From a virus (Duplodnaviria; Caudoviricetes), in IMG/VR virus record IMGVR_UViG_3300032225_000532, positions 1 through 48,847 of that record: a stretch of 48,847 nt of DNA. One strand, given 5' to 3'. The notes beneath the pieces were generated by a model. That model was not told the origin of the DNA and made no database searches. It worked only from the letters and a program-made list of their open reading frames with translations. Position numbers and translations under genes: made by a program. Shown piece by piece: positions 1-9,253 of the stretch (position 1 is its first letter; every line of letters starts with the position of its first letter).

Positions 1-175
1 GGATGGTGAACAGGGTTGTAGTAACGGTAGATGCAGCTACGGCGTTGGTATAGTTTACCTTTTTAGTCTGGGAGACTAGGGTAACGCCGGTGTTTTGAAT
101 AGTGCCAGCGGTAGTGCCAGTGGTGTTTTTGACTGTGCCCAAAAGCCAAGGGCCAAGGTGAGTAGCGAATCCCAT
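1..175 (-). CDS. Virion structural protein, probably minor capsid/decoration; truncated by window start
   Basis: ATG at 175 preceded by AAGGA; reads MGFATHLGPWLLGTVKNTTGTTAGTIQNTG... and stays open to base 1; T/G-rich; follows the MCP gene. Confidence 0.7.
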   Translation of the reverse strand, partial: MGFATHLGPWLLGTVKNTTGTTAGTIQNTGVTLVSQTKKVNYTNAVAASTVTTTLFTI

Positions 176-179
176 GATG

Positions 180-260
180 AGTCCTTACATACAAGTGGAG
201 CGCATCAATCGGTATGTCGTCCAGCCGGGACTGGTTTGATGCGCCGGTAACCCCGGAGTG
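180..260 (-). ncRNA. Candidate structured leader RNA (9-bp stem plus two possible pseudoknots) upstream of the 1-175 gene
   Basis: GCGCATCAA/TTGATGCGC stem (200-208 with 236-244); loop ACAUAC complementary to GUAUGU next to the SD; loop UCCCGG complementary to 5' CCGGGG. Confidence 0.5.
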
Positions 261-265
261 AGAGC

Positions 266-294
266 AATATACACCAAAAAGAAAAGGGGCACAA
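266..294 (-). promoter_or_regulatory. Possible sigma70 promoter TTGTGC-N17-TATATT overlapping the MCP terminator
   Basis: Exact 17-nt spacing on the minus strand; would start transcription just 5' of the structured leader. Confidence 0.4.
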
Positions 295-306
295 GGCCCC
301 TTTTCT
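276..306 (-). terminator. Intrinsic terminator after the major capsid gene
   Basis: GAAAAGGGGC-cttgt-GCCCCTTTTC followed by a T run on the minus strand. Confidence 0.8.
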
Positions 307-313
307 CACTCTT

Positions 314-1225
314 TTAGGACGAGCCCGGCGAACCGAACATACCCAGAGGGTCAGACCAGCCGAACGAATAACGCTCACGGGCCTTGTAACGGACGTTGCC
401 GGTATCAAAGTCGCCGTCCATGCTATTGGTCAGTGGCATACGCTCAAAGTGCTTCATACCGTTAGGCACGTCAGTGGTCAGATACCAGCCGTTGGTGTCT
501 GTCAAGAAGTGGTTGACAGTGTAGCCTTCGGGGATAGAGCCATTGTTCTTCAGTGCGTTGATATCGTTGTCGGTAGTGCCAACGCGGAGGCTGGTTTCCA
601 ACAGACGGGTAGCAACGAACATCAGATTGACGGGGATAATCAGCTTGCGAGGCTTGGCTGCAATCAACAGGCCCTTCTCGTCAGTCCAACCAGCGATTTG
701 AATAACGGCGGCTTCCAAGGAAGTCTCGTTTAAATCAGTGCCAGTGGCAGGACGATTGCTGTTGGTTCCGCCATTCACCAGAGGGTGAGCAGTGCTGAAC
801 AACGAAACGCTGTCGCCGCCAATGTAGTTGGCAGAGAAACCGTTGTTGATAACAGAGGCTGCTTTAACCTGCTTGGTGTAAGCCATACCACGAGCCAAGG
901 CCTTGGTGTAGCGGGCAGACAGACTGTCGTACAGATTGTCTTCCACTGCTTCCTCGGTGATGGAGAAGCCCAGAGCGATGGTTTCGTGGTTGTAACGGGA
1001 AGTGAAAGCTTCCTGCGCATTGTCATAAGCAATGGCTTGGCCCTCGTTCTTCACCGGTGCAGCACCGAATCCAGCGAGCTTGGTTTCTTCTTCAAAGCTA
1101 CGCTCCGATTTCTCGGTCTCGTAGATTTCCTTGTGCTCTTCGCCATAGCGGGCATATTCCAGACCAAACAGAGCGTTAAGTCCGGGAAGGAGTTCCTTCA
1201 ATAGTTGTGCGCGTGAAATAGCCAT
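314..1225 (-). CDS. Major capsid protein
   Basis: 303 aa; MAISRAQLLKELLPGLNALFG N-terminus and DFDTGNVRYKARERYSFGWSD C-terminus typical of this phage MCP family; AGGAG RBS. Confidence 0.9.
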   Translation of the reverse strand: MAISRAQLLKELLPGLNALFGLEYARYGEEHKEIYETEKSERSFEEETKLAGFGAAPVKNEGQAIAYDNAQEAFTSRYNHETIALGFSITEEAVEDNLYDSLSARYTKALARGMAYTKQVKAASVINNGFSANYIGGDSVSLFSTAHPLVNGGTNSNRPATGTDLNETSLEAAVIQIAGWTDEKGLLIAAKPRKLIIPVNLMFVATRLLETSLRVGTTDNDINALKNNGSIPEGYTVNHFLTDTNGWYLTTDVPNGMKHFERMPLTNSMDGDFDTGNVRYKARERYSFGWSDPLGMFGSPGSS

Positions 1226-1236
1226 GATTTAGCTCC

Positions 1237-2070
1237 TTATGCACCGGTGGCAGAGTAGTAACCGTGCAGACCTTGGTTCAACTTAACCAAGATTTCAGGA
1301 TACTGGGTGAAGACAACGGTTGCTCCGTACACGCCCGAGTTCAAAGTGAAGCTTGCGGCTTGGTCGAGGACGACAGAAGTGTCTCCGGCGGCGGCTGCGG
1401 TTTTCACAAAAGAACCAGTTTGTGCAACTTGACCACTGGTGGTCAATACAGAAACGTCCGTACCAACTGGCAATGCGTTAGGCAGAGCACTTACGGTCAG
1501 GGTGGTAGTACCCGAACTGAAGGTGGCAGTACCCAAAGCAACTGCGGTCTCTTGAACCAGACCAACCATGCGCAAAGGCAGAGTGGTGGTAACAGGAGTA
1601 GCCGTAGGAGCCAGAACAGCATTGGCAGAATTGCCGGTATTCACGCTGCCGGTGTTGTTGATGGCTGACAGGTTAGTGCCAATCATCGCCATAGCGCCAG
1701 AAGCAACGGTAGTACCGGAACTGCACACAACCGCTTTAAACACAGCATCAGGGTCATCAAAAACATAGGCTTGGCAGTCACCGGCAGCGGTGCTTGCGGG
1801 CCAATATTGAGAGAACAACTTTTGCTTAGTCGTGGGGTTGGTGTAGGTGCAACCCAAGAAAATACCAACGGTCTGATTCAGACTAGAGCCAGTAGAGACT
1901 GAGGCGCGTGTGGCAAAGCCACGGGATAGAACAACAAAATCACCGTAGAAGATGTTGGTCGCATAGCCATATTGGATGTTGTACATGCGGGTAGAACCTG
2001 CAAATACTTGACCGCCAATTAGGTTCTGCGGCAACAGCCCGTAAGGTGCTGATACAACAGGGTAAGCCAT
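1237..2070 (-). CDS. Capsid-associated (decoration/cement-like) protein
   Basis: 277 aa, beta-rich, T/A/G-rich; between the scaffold region and MCP; AGGAG RBS. Confidence 0.65.
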   Translation of the reverse strand: MAYPVVSAPYGLLPQNLIGGQVFAGSTRMYNIQYGYATNIFYGDFVVLSRGFATRASVSTGSSLNQTVGIFLGCTYTNPTTKQKLFSQYWPASTAAGDCQAYVFDDPDAVFKAVVCSSGTTVASGAMAMIGTNLSAINNTGSVNTGNSANAVLAPTATPVTTTLPLRMVGLVQETAVALGTATFSSGTTTLTVSALPNALPVGTDVSVLTTSGQVAQTGSFVKTAAAAGDTSVVLDQAASFTLNSGVYGATVVFTQYPEILVKLNQGLHGYYSATGA

Positions 2071-2091
2071 AAAGGACTCCTAAAATAAAAT

Positions 2092-2523
2092 TTAAATCCG
2101 TCCACGCGTTGTACTAGAGCGTTTTTCCATAGTCAACGGCATTCGCGGGTCACTCTGACGCATAAAGCTATTGTCTACCGCTTCCATTTGCGCTTGCGAT
2201 TGCCCGGTGTAGTACTCAGACATGCCTTCAGCGATTTCAGTGGGTATCTTGCAAAGCATGAGACCACCAATTTCAATGTTGCCTGTCTTTTCGTTACCTT
2301 GAAGCATAAGCTCCGGGTAATCAACTGCCTTACACGGAACATATCCGTCCCTGAGTTTGCGAGACATATTCGTAGGTTCAATTTGACCTAGAAGATGAGT
2401 CATAACCCAGCGGTGTGTGAAACCGGGGATAGGGTTCGGGTCTGGCAATGCGCTAGAGGGCCGATAAACAAAACGAGCACCTTTTTCACGGGTGGATAGG
2501 TCACGAGAATCACGAGTTGCCAT
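2092..2523 (-). CDS. Conserved head-module protein of unknown function
   Basis: 143 aa; overlaps the upstream gene; GGAGG RBS; GGLMLCKIP motif. Confidence 0.75.
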   Translation of the reverse strand: MATRDSRDLSTREKGARFVYRPSSALPDPNPIPGFTHRWVMTHLLGQIEPTNMSRKLRDGYVPCKAVDYPELMLQGNEKTGNIEIGGLMLCKIPTEIAEGMSEYYTGQSQAQMEAVDNSFMRQSDPRMPLTMEKRSSTTRGRI

Positions 2524-3451
2524 TTGAGGCCTCCAATTTAGCTACTTGAGCAGCGTATTGCTGCGGGGTTAATCCAAACTTCTTAGCCAACGCCAAAGCG
2601 GTGGTAGTCATCTGAACCTTTTTTGCGCCCGATGAACGAGCAGCGGGTGCAACAACCGAAGCAGGTCGTCTGGGGGTCTCTTTAGACTTCTCATTCCCAA
2701 ATATTTCTGGGAACTTGTCTCGTACGCGAGTATCGATTGCCTCAAAATACTCGTCACTGCGCGGGTCTACACCCGAATTCACTAGCTTTTGGTGCAGCCC
2801 TAGTGAGTAGCTGGTAACTTCTTCAAATCCTTCAGAACCAAACCACTGGTTTTTTGCTTGCCAGCGCAAGGTTTTGGCATCTGCCTTGGTTTCAGTTGGC
2901 TGTTGGACTTGTCGCGGGGTTTCTTCACGCTCTTCCTGACGGATTTGCTGTCGAGAACCCTTGATAGCGGCGATTTTCATCTTCGCTTCCAGCAACGCTT
3001 CTTGCGCAACCAGTATAGCATCAGAATCAAATGCCTCTTGGGCAGTTTTATACTGTTTCCGGGCATTTTCTAGCTCGTTTTCCGCCAATTGGACGGATTG
3101 CTGTTGAAATTGCTGGCTTCCTTCATTGACATACTTCTTCAATTGTTGATTTTCAGCAACAATTTGCCTTGCCATGTTCTCAAGCTCCAGCTTTTCACGC
3201 ATAAGAGCTTCTTTGGCACGACGTTCGTCATGTCGGGCGTGGGTTAATTCCTTAATCCGCACCTTAACTTTGTCACCATATGAGGCAATCTCCTCATCGG
3301 TGGGGTCTTCAACCTCTTTCTCCAAGGCTTTACGGCCTCGGTCGGCTGGTGGTGTGTCGTCTACGACTTCAATCTCAATCTCATCTGCGTTAGATTCAAT
3401 CTCAACTGTCTTTTCGTCTTCCAACTCATCTGGAAATTTAAACTCGGACAT
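2510..3451 (-). CDS. Putative capsid scaffolding protein
   Basis: 313 aa; acidic N-terminus, long coiled coil, short C-terminal helical tip (LAKKFGLTPQQYA); between portal and MCP. Confidence 0.7.
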   Translation of the reverse strand: MSEFKFPDELEDEKTVEIESNADEIEIEVVDDTPPADRGRKALEKEVEDPTDEEIASYGDKVKVRIKELTHARHDERRAKEALMREKLELENMARQIVAENQQLKKYVNEGSQQFQQQSVQLAENELENARKQYKTAQEAFDSDAILVAQEALLEAKMKIAAIKGSRQQIRQEEREETPRQVQQPTETKADAKTLRWQAKNQWFGSEGFEEVTSYSLGLHQKLVNSGVDPRSDEYFEAIDTRVRDKFPEIFGNEKSKETPRRPASVVAPAARSSGAKKVQMTTTALALAKKFGLTPQQYAAQVAKLEASNGNS

Positions 3452-3460
3452 GGTATCTCC

Positions 3461-3889
3461 TTAAACGTGGGTGATTCCACGGGGGTCTTGCACAACACCT
3501 TCCACTTGGTCATCGTTGATAAGGCGCATTTCCTGACCGTACATCTTGAATCGCGTACCTGCGTAGGTGCGAACCATGACGAAATCTCCCTGCTTGCACC
3601 AAGGGCCGCTAGGAAATTTCTCTTTGTCGGAGTATGCGTCTGGGCCAACTTTGACCACAAACAAAACTGCTGTGGTTACTTCTTCACGCTTCATCATGTC
3701 TTTTGACTTGAGAAGATTTGTGCCTTCAATCTTTTCATCGATTGCTGGCAGCACACATAACAGCTTGTATCCAGAGGGTTCTGGAAGCTGTTTAGCTTTT
3801 TCTGCATCTGTCATTTCTGCGTCAGGTTCTTCTGACGTTTGGATTGGCGCGGGCATTACTACCCCCGGAGGCAAAATGATGTTACTCAT
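3461..3889 (-). CDS. GroES/Cpn10-like co-chaperonin
   Basis: PSGYKLL..., VVKVGPDAY, GDFV...YAGTRFK...RLINDDQVEGVV match the Cpn10 pattern; start placed at MSNII (3889). Confidence 0.8.
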   Translation of the reverse strand: MSNIILPPGVVMPAPIQTSEEPDAEMTDAEKAKQLPEPSGYKLLCVLPAIDEKIEGTNLLKSKDMMKREEVTTAVLFVVKVGPDAYSDKEKFPSGPWCKQGDFVMVRTYAGTRFKMYGQEMRLINDDQVEGVVQDPRGITHV

Positions 3890-4076
3890 CTGATTCTTCA
3901 ACTTTCTTTAGCAAGGCCAATAGGTGGGACTCTGCGAGAGCTAGGCCTTGAATCACCCCGCATAGTTTTTGATACTCGTCAAAGGAACGACAGGCCCCAC
4001 CAGCCAAGTCGTCTGCATAGTTATTCATGTCCTCACGTATTTTGGAGCGCAATACGCTTGCGAAGTTTTCGTTCAT
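3882..4076 (-). CDS. Small conserved head-module protein
   Basis: 64 aa; overlaps the portal stop and the GroES start. Confidence 0.75.
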   Translation of the reverse strand: MNENFASVLRSKIREDMNNYADDLAGGACRSFDEYQKLCGVIQGLALAESHLLALLKKVEESDE

Positions 4077-6583
4077 AGTTCACCTGTAGGTTGGTTTGCT
4101 TGACCCATTTGGTCTTTGGCTATCTGAGCGCCAAGCTTTACACCGGCGTGTTCTTGGTCAAACTTCTGTTTAGCTTGAGACTCTCGGATAGCCGCACCAG
4201 TTTTGACACCTTCTAACTGCATACGAGCAGCAGATTCTTCTTTGCGCAAGTTGTTAGCGTCCGCTTTAGCAGATGATTCCAAAACCATGCGTTGTTTTTC
4301 CAGTTCCAGCTTTGCTTGTTCAATTGCAAAATCTTGCTGAACCTTCTGGGCTTCCAGTTGCAGACTGCCTTGTTTCAGTTGAAGCTCTTGCTGCTGCATC
4401 ATAACCATCGGGTCTTGAGCTTGCTGTTGAGCTTGCTGCTGTTGGGCTTGTTGCTGATTAACCTGCAATGCTTGTTGAGCGGCCTGAGCCATCATTCCAG
4501 ACAAAGCTTGTTCAATCTGCGGTGGCAGGTCTTCATCTTCTGGAGGAAGAGCCATTCCCAATTGGGCTTCAATTTGCTGACGGTATTGGAATCCCGCATG
4601 CTCTGCAAGGTGAGCCATCATGGCTGCTTGGATAGCAGGAGCCCGGGGGTTTTGTCCAACAGTCGCCATAATCATTGGGTCTTGCAGCATTGCCATATGC
4701 ACAGCAATATGCGACTTGTGGTCTTGGGTAAGGAATGCCTTGACGGGCTCTCCTTTGAGAACACACATATTCTCCGTGACGGGGTCTCGGGGTTTTTGGT
4801 CTTCCGGTAGCTTGACCAGCTTCTCTGCATTCTTGATACCCAAGACTTCCAACATCCGGCGGTGAAGCTGTGGCATGTCATAGATGTCAGGAGCCATCTG
4901 CGCCATTTGAATCACAGCTTGGTACTGAACCACACGCTGGCTCATAGTGGCTGCGTTCGGGTCACTTACGGGGATGATTTCCACGTAGTCGTAGTCAGCC
5001 TTCTTTGCACTACGGTTAGCTGTGTCAGGGTCGTAGTCGTAGCTGGGGTCTGTGTAGTCTGCAATGATTTCAGCAAGTAGACCCAGCTCTTGTTTAAACG
5101 TGTAATGAAGGCGGGCTTGTACAGCCGTCATCACCTTCAGTTGACGTTCCAGAATTGCCAGCGTTGTTCCGACCGGAGACTGGGCAGACATATCGCTGAC
5201 TTTGATATCTGCTGTAGCCGCAAAGCGACGGCCTTCATCAACGATGGTTCCCAATAGGGCTGCAAGAACTTGGCTAGGTTCTTTGTAGGGCAGAGGTAGG
5301 ATGTTGTCCCGCAGAGCCCCAGAGCCGATATCCACATCGCGGAACTCACCCGGCTGGATGGGGGTATCGTCGCCCTTGATACGAAGACCACGGGATTTCA
5401 ATCCGCCCGGGAGGTTGCTCAGAGTTCCTGCATCAATAAGCTGACGCATGATGCTGGTGGCGCTCTTGGCAAAACCACCGATAAGGTGGAACAGACCAAA
5501 TCCATACGCTCCGAATCCGGGGATGTATTGGTAGTGGACAAAGTGCTGGCGCTTTAAACGCAGTTCGTCATCTGGTTCCCAGTTGCGACGAATAGCCAGA
5601 ACATCATTCGTGCCCTTGATGAAGGTGACTACATAAGGCAAACCAATCTCTGTTTCTTCTCCGTCAGAGTTGGTGTCCTCATACCCGGGCAGGTCTAGGT
5701 CTACGTGAACTTCGTACAGGGTGTAACGGTCATCGTTTAAATCACTAAAGCCGGTCTCTTTATCTTTAGCCTGTTTAATATCGCTGCGTTCTTTGGTGGG
5801 CTCTCCTAGCTCCACATCCCGATAGAAACCGCTTTCCTGCAATTTCATAATCTCGTTCTTGGTCTTACGCATGACATGGGTCAGGCGATAGCAAGTGTCT
5901 AGGTCGGTCGTTCCATAAGGGAGGATGATGTCCTCTGCGGGGACAAACATAGAGACCTGCCGTCCAAGGTTAGGGTCGTAGTAGACCTTCTTGAACGCAG
6001 AACCGGTAGCTGGAAGACTCCACAGCATCCGCTCATGCTCAGGGCGGAACTCACGCATCACCTCGGTGAGCTCATAGTTCATGTCTTCCTCGACACGAAC
6101 TGCTGCTTCCTTCTTCTCTGGGGTTTCTTTACCGATAATCTTTGTCCGAACAGGCCCTTGGGCTGGGAACATTTCGGTGATGGTCTCTGATTGAAACCTT
6201 ACAACTGCCTCGGTAATCATGGGATGGAAAACCCCTGAGGCTCCTTGCCACGGCTCAGTTCGCTCTTCAAACTGCAATCCAAGTAGCTTTAAACCATCGG
6301 TGTAGGCTTTCTCCCAGTCCTTGCGACTGTTCCGGTCGTTGTCAATGTCCTCTTCTAGGTCACTGGCAATTGACTGGAGTTCTCCATCTTCAATCAGTTC
6401 TGCAAGGTTTTGATTAAATTCGTCTTCGTCTTCACCGGGCTGAATGGAGATGTCCATATCACCCATATGAATATTCACTTCCTCGGGGTCAACAATCTCA
6501 ATCTCAATGGGCTCTTCATCTTGAGCCAGTTGCTCTAGTCCCACTGGGGCTTGGTACAAACCCTTGTCTACATTGGTTGCCAT
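4073..6583 (-). CDS. Portal protein (P22-like, long Q-rich C-terminal coiled coil)
   Basis: 836 aa directly after TerL; GSAFKKVYYD, YGFGLFHLIGG motifs; poly-Q helical tail. Confidence 0.9.
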   Translation of the reverse strand: MATNVDKGLYQAPVGLEQLAQDEEPIEIEIVDPEEVNIHMGDMDISIQPGEDEDEFNQNLAELIEDGELQSIASDLEEDIDNDRNSRKDWEKAYTDGLKLLGLQFEERTEPWQGASGVFHPMITEAVVRFQSETITEMFPAQGPVRTKIIGKETPEKKEAAVRVEEDMNYELTEVMREFRPEHERMLWSLPATGSAFKKVYYDPNLGRQVSMFVPAEDIILPYGTTDLDTCYRLTHVMRKTKNEIMKLQESGFYRDVELGEPTKERSDIKQAKDKETGFSDLNDDRYTLYEVHVDLDLPGYEDTNSDGEETEIGLPYVVTFIKGTNDVLAIRRNWEPDDELRLKRQHFVHYQYIPGFGAYGFGLFHLIGGFAKSATSIMRQLIDAGTLSNLPGGLKSRGLRIKGDDTPIQPGEFRDVDIGSGALRDNILPLPYKEPSQVLAALLGTIVDEGRRFAATADIKVSDMSAQSPVGTTLAILERQLKVMTAVQARLHYTFKQELGLLAEIIADYTDPSYDYDPDTANRSAKKADYDYVEIIPVSDPNAATMSQRVVQYQAVIQMAQMAPDIYDMPQLHRRMLEVLGIKNAEKLVKLPEDQKPRDPVTENMCVLKGEPVKAFLTQDHKSHIAVHMAMLQDPMIMATVGQNPRAPAIQAAMMAHLAEHAGFQYRQQIEAQLGMALPPEDEDLPPQIEQALSGMMAQAAQQALQVNQQQAQQQQAQQQAQDPMVMMQQQELQLKQGSLQLEAQKVQQDFAIEQAKLELEKQRMVLESSAKADANNLRKEESAARMQLEGVKTGAAIRESQAKQKFDQEHAGVKLGAQIAKDQMGQANQPTGEL

Positions 6584-6591
6584 ATATGTCC

Positions 6592-8091
6592 TTAGTAATA
6601 CTCATACTTGCGACGGAAGATGGGCTCATCATCTTGTTCGTCGGAAGCAATCTGGATAAATCCACCTTGGCGAAACCTCATCAATGCTTGGCTGCTTGAG
6701 TCCACCAAGTCATCGTTATCGCCATTAGGAAATGCTGCCATTTCCTCCATAACCTCATCTGCATCACGAGACAACGTACACCAGACAATCCCAGAGGCAA
6801 ATAGGTCTGCAATAGAGTTTACACGGCTAACTTTGTCATTCCCTTTACTGGGTGTGTACTCAGACAGGGGTACTCCAATCTTGCGGAGTTCATAAATCAG
6901 AGGAGCCCCGGCGGCTCTCTTCTCAATAATCAGGGTGTCAGGCTCCCACTGTTTGTACAACTCCAGAGCCATCTTCTTTAGCTCAGGGAATTCCATCCTC
7001 TGTTTAAACGCATCTAAGAGAATGATGTTAGTCTGGTCTTTTCCTTTGTCGTCGGGATGGTCAAAGACACCCCATGTCGTACAAGCTGAGTAGTCTGCAC
7101 GGTTGTTCTTCTCAAAGGCGGTGTCCCAAGACTGGATGATGTAGTCACAGAACGGAAGCTTGTCCTGTTCCCAAATTCTCCACTGGTCGCGCTTGATAAT
7201 CGCACCCTCATTACCCGTAGGATTCTGTTGGTACTGCGCTTCCCACTTGGCAACGGGAATCTCTGCCTTGATAGCCTCTAGTTCCTTCTTAGACCAGAAG
7301 GCAGGCCACAGGGGAGTGCCAGACGGAAGGATTGCAGGGAACTCAATGACTTCCCAATCATCTACCCCATCTCCGCCGGACTTCTTCAGAATCTGCCCCG
7401 TAAGGTCTCTCTTAGACCAGCGGGTCATCACAATAATAATCGCCCCGTTAGGCTGTAAACGCTGACGAGGGCCGGAGGTGTACCACTCATACACTTGGTC
7501 AAACACCGCAGGATTGTTCTGCTTTGCTTCCTGCTCTGAATGAGGGTCATCAATAATCAGAAGGTCAGCACCCTTACCAGTGACTGCACCACCTACACCA
7601 ATAGCAAAGTAGTCTCCGCCTTTGTCGGTGTTCCACCTTCCTGCGGCCTTTGAGTCGCTAGACAGCTTTGTCTGAAAAATCTTCTGGTACACATCAGACG
7701 ACACCAGATTCCGTACCTTCCGTCCAAACCCCGTAGATAGCTCTGCGGTATGAGCAGTCTGAATAACCTTCTTCTCAGGAAACTTTCCCAAGAACCACGA
7801 CGGCAGAAGAAACGAAGCAAACTCTGACTTGGTATGCCGAGGAGGCATATTGATAATCAACCTCTTCAGTTCTCCTCTAGCTACTCTCTCAAAGGCATCT
7901 GCCATGATTTGGTGATGCTTACCGGAGATGAAGATAGGCCACATCTCCTTAGTGAAAGACAAGAATGATTCCTTGCACCGCTCAATCCTATCCATCTCCA
8001 GCAAGGTTGTAATCTTCACTCTCTCTGCCGCAGGAACCTTATCTACGATACTGAGGTAGTCTTGCACTTCCTTATGGGTCAGGAGGGTCAT
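6592..8091 (-). CDS. terL: Terminase large subunit
   Basis: 499 aa; MPPRHTKS Walker A, LLIIDDPH Walker B, MTRW motif III, SWDTA and DDLVDS nuclease acidic residues. Confidence 0.95.
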   Translation of the reverse strand: MTLLTHKEVQDYLSIVDKVPAAERVKITTLLEMDRIERCKESFLSFTKEMWPIFISGKHHQIMADAFERVARGELKRLIINMPPRHTKSEFASFLLPSWFLGKFPEKKVIQTAHTAELSTGFGRKVRNLVSSDVYQKIFQTKLSSDSKAAGRWNTDKGGDYFAIGVGGAVTGKGADLLIIDDPHSEQEAKQNNPAVFDQVYEWYTSGPRQRLQPNGAIIIVMTRWSKRDLTGQILKKSGGDGVDDWEVIEFPAILPSGTPLWPAFWSKKELEAIKAEIPVAKWEAQYQQNPTGNEGAIIKRDQWRIWEQDKLPFCDYIIQSWDTAFEKNNRADYSACTTWGVFDHPDDKGKDQTNIILLDAFKQRMEFPELKKMALELYKQWEPDTLIIEKRAAGAPLIYELRKIGVPLSEYTPSKGNDKVSRVNSIADLFASGIVWCTLSRDADEVMEEMAAFPNGDNDDLVDSSSQALMRFRQGGFIQIASDEQDDEPIFRRKYEYY

Positions 8092-8312
8092 AGACGGGAA
8101 ATCTCCTGCACTGACCTATCCACAATCCTGATGGAATGAAACTTGTAAGGCTTCAGGTCTAGAAGACCCTCATCCCGTAGCCGATGAACAATCCGATGGA
8201 TGTTGGACTTAGAAGACATCCCTATGCCCTTAGCTATCACTTCATAGCTAGGCGACACACCATGATTCCTGATATGGCTCTTGATGAATTCCAGTACCTT
8301 CTGTTTGCTCAT
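8088..8312 (-). CDS. LexA-type winged-HTH DNA-binding protein (no peptidase domain)
   Basis: 74 aa; VLEFIKSHIRNHGVSPSYEVIAKGIGMSSKSNIHRIVHRLRDEGLL matches the LexA N-terminal domain pattern. Confidence 0.85.
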   Translation of the reverse strand: MSKQKVLEFIKSHIRNHGVSPSYEVIAKGIGMSSKSNIHRIVHRLRDEGLLDLKPYKFHSIRIVDRSVQEISRL

Positions 8313-8319
8313 GCTAGAA

Positions 8320-8377
8320 GTTTAAACGATTTTGAGAACGTTCGCAAGTGGTGTAAACAGACATGAGAACGTTCGCA
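8320..8377. promoter_or_regulatory. Tandem operator-like repeat GTKTAAAC-N5-TGAGAACGTTCGCA x2 (31-bp period)
   Basis: Units start at 8320 and 8351; the 14-mer is a 12/14 palindrome; begins 8 bp upstream of the LexA-like gene. Confidence 0.65.
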
Positions 8378-8399
8378 TCCTTATGCAAATTTTTATATA

Positions 8400-8600
8400 T
8401 ACCCCCGGGGGTGGGGAAATGGAAGAGAAGGGGGTGGGGAGCTAGGAATCGTTTGAGGGAAGCGGGGGAAAAGAATCGTTTGAGTGGAATAGAGCGTAAC
8501 GCGAAGCTGGGTCGATGCCGGGCCAAACAGGGTGGTGGGGGTACGGTGGGCTCACCCCTAGAGGCCCCCTGCCGTGTAAACGCACTCCCCCCCATCGATG
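8400..8600. other. G/C-run-rich non-coding segment between terS and terL; candidate packaging site or genome end
   Basis: CCCCCGGGGG palindrome, GGGGGTGGGG twice, GAATCGTTTGAG twice; no convincing ORF. Confidence 0.4.
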
Positions 8601-8612
8601 CCAGTAGAGCGG

Positions 8613-9188
8613 CTACTGCTTGAGCAGCTTGAGATGGCCTGCCAGTGCCTGCTTGAGTTGCGCTGCACTTGGTGCTGGTGCTTCCTGTGGTGTTGCATTG
8701 GTGAATGCACCTGCTGCACGTCCCAAGAGTTCCAATGCTTTGAGTCGGGAGCCTTCCTGCTTGGCTGACTTACTCAATGCAATGAGTGACTGAATGACGT
8801 ACCGCTTGCTTGCAGCCATGTCCTCTACCAGTGCTTCCTCTGTCTGACCCCATGCGTCCTGTAATGCTTTTGCCACTAGTGGGTGCTTGCTCAGTTTGTA
8901 CGCATTGGCACTGACCGTTGCATCGCTGCTCTTGTCGTTTGGGTATGCCTGACGGTATGCGTCTCTACTGGTAGAACCTGCCAGTTTGGCTGCAATGAAT
9001 GTCCTCATGCCATGAGTCATTTCTCTATGACGTACTAGTGCTACTGGAGCCTGCGCCATCTGTTCGGCTTCGCCTAGGGTCACGGGGTTTTCAAAATCAG
9101 TATCAGCTAGGTGACCCTCATCTGCCCCGCTCTCAGGCACTGGCTCCGCCATTGCATCTAGTTCCTCTATCGTAAGCTTGTTTGCCAT
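8613..9188 (-). CDS. terS: Terminase small subunit
   Basis: 191 aa; TFIAAKLAG..RDAYRQAY...ANAYKLSKHPLV HTH and RLKALELLGR; upstream of TerL. Confidence 0.8.
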   Translation of the reverse strand: MANKLTIEELDAMAEPVPESGADEGHLADTDFENPVTLGEAEQMAQAPVALVRHREMTHGMRTFIAAKLAGSTSRDAYRQAYPNDKSSDATVSANAYKLSKHPLVAKALQDAWGQTEEALVEDMAASKRYVIQSLIALSKSAKQEGSRLKALELLGRAAGAFTNATPQEAPAPSAAQLKQALAGHLKLLKQ

Positions 9189-9203
9189 AGTGTGTTCCTA
9201 TTC

Positions 9204-9237
9204 CTGTACGTTAACGCAGCACTGTTTAAACACTCAG
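9204..9237. promoter_or_regulatory. Two tandem SOS (LexA)-box-like sites over the putative terS promoter
   Basis: CTGTACGTTAACGCAG (9204-9219) and CTGTTTAAACACTCAG (9222-9237), both CTG-N10-CAG; minus-strand TATACT at 9236-9241. Confidence 0.6.
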
Positions 9238-9253
9238 TATACACCCCATAAAG

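Noticed and set aside
8314-8623. ORFs 8314-8595 (-) and 8363-8623 (+)
   Set aside because: P/G/R-rich translations of G/C-run DNA without an RBS; more likely non-coding.
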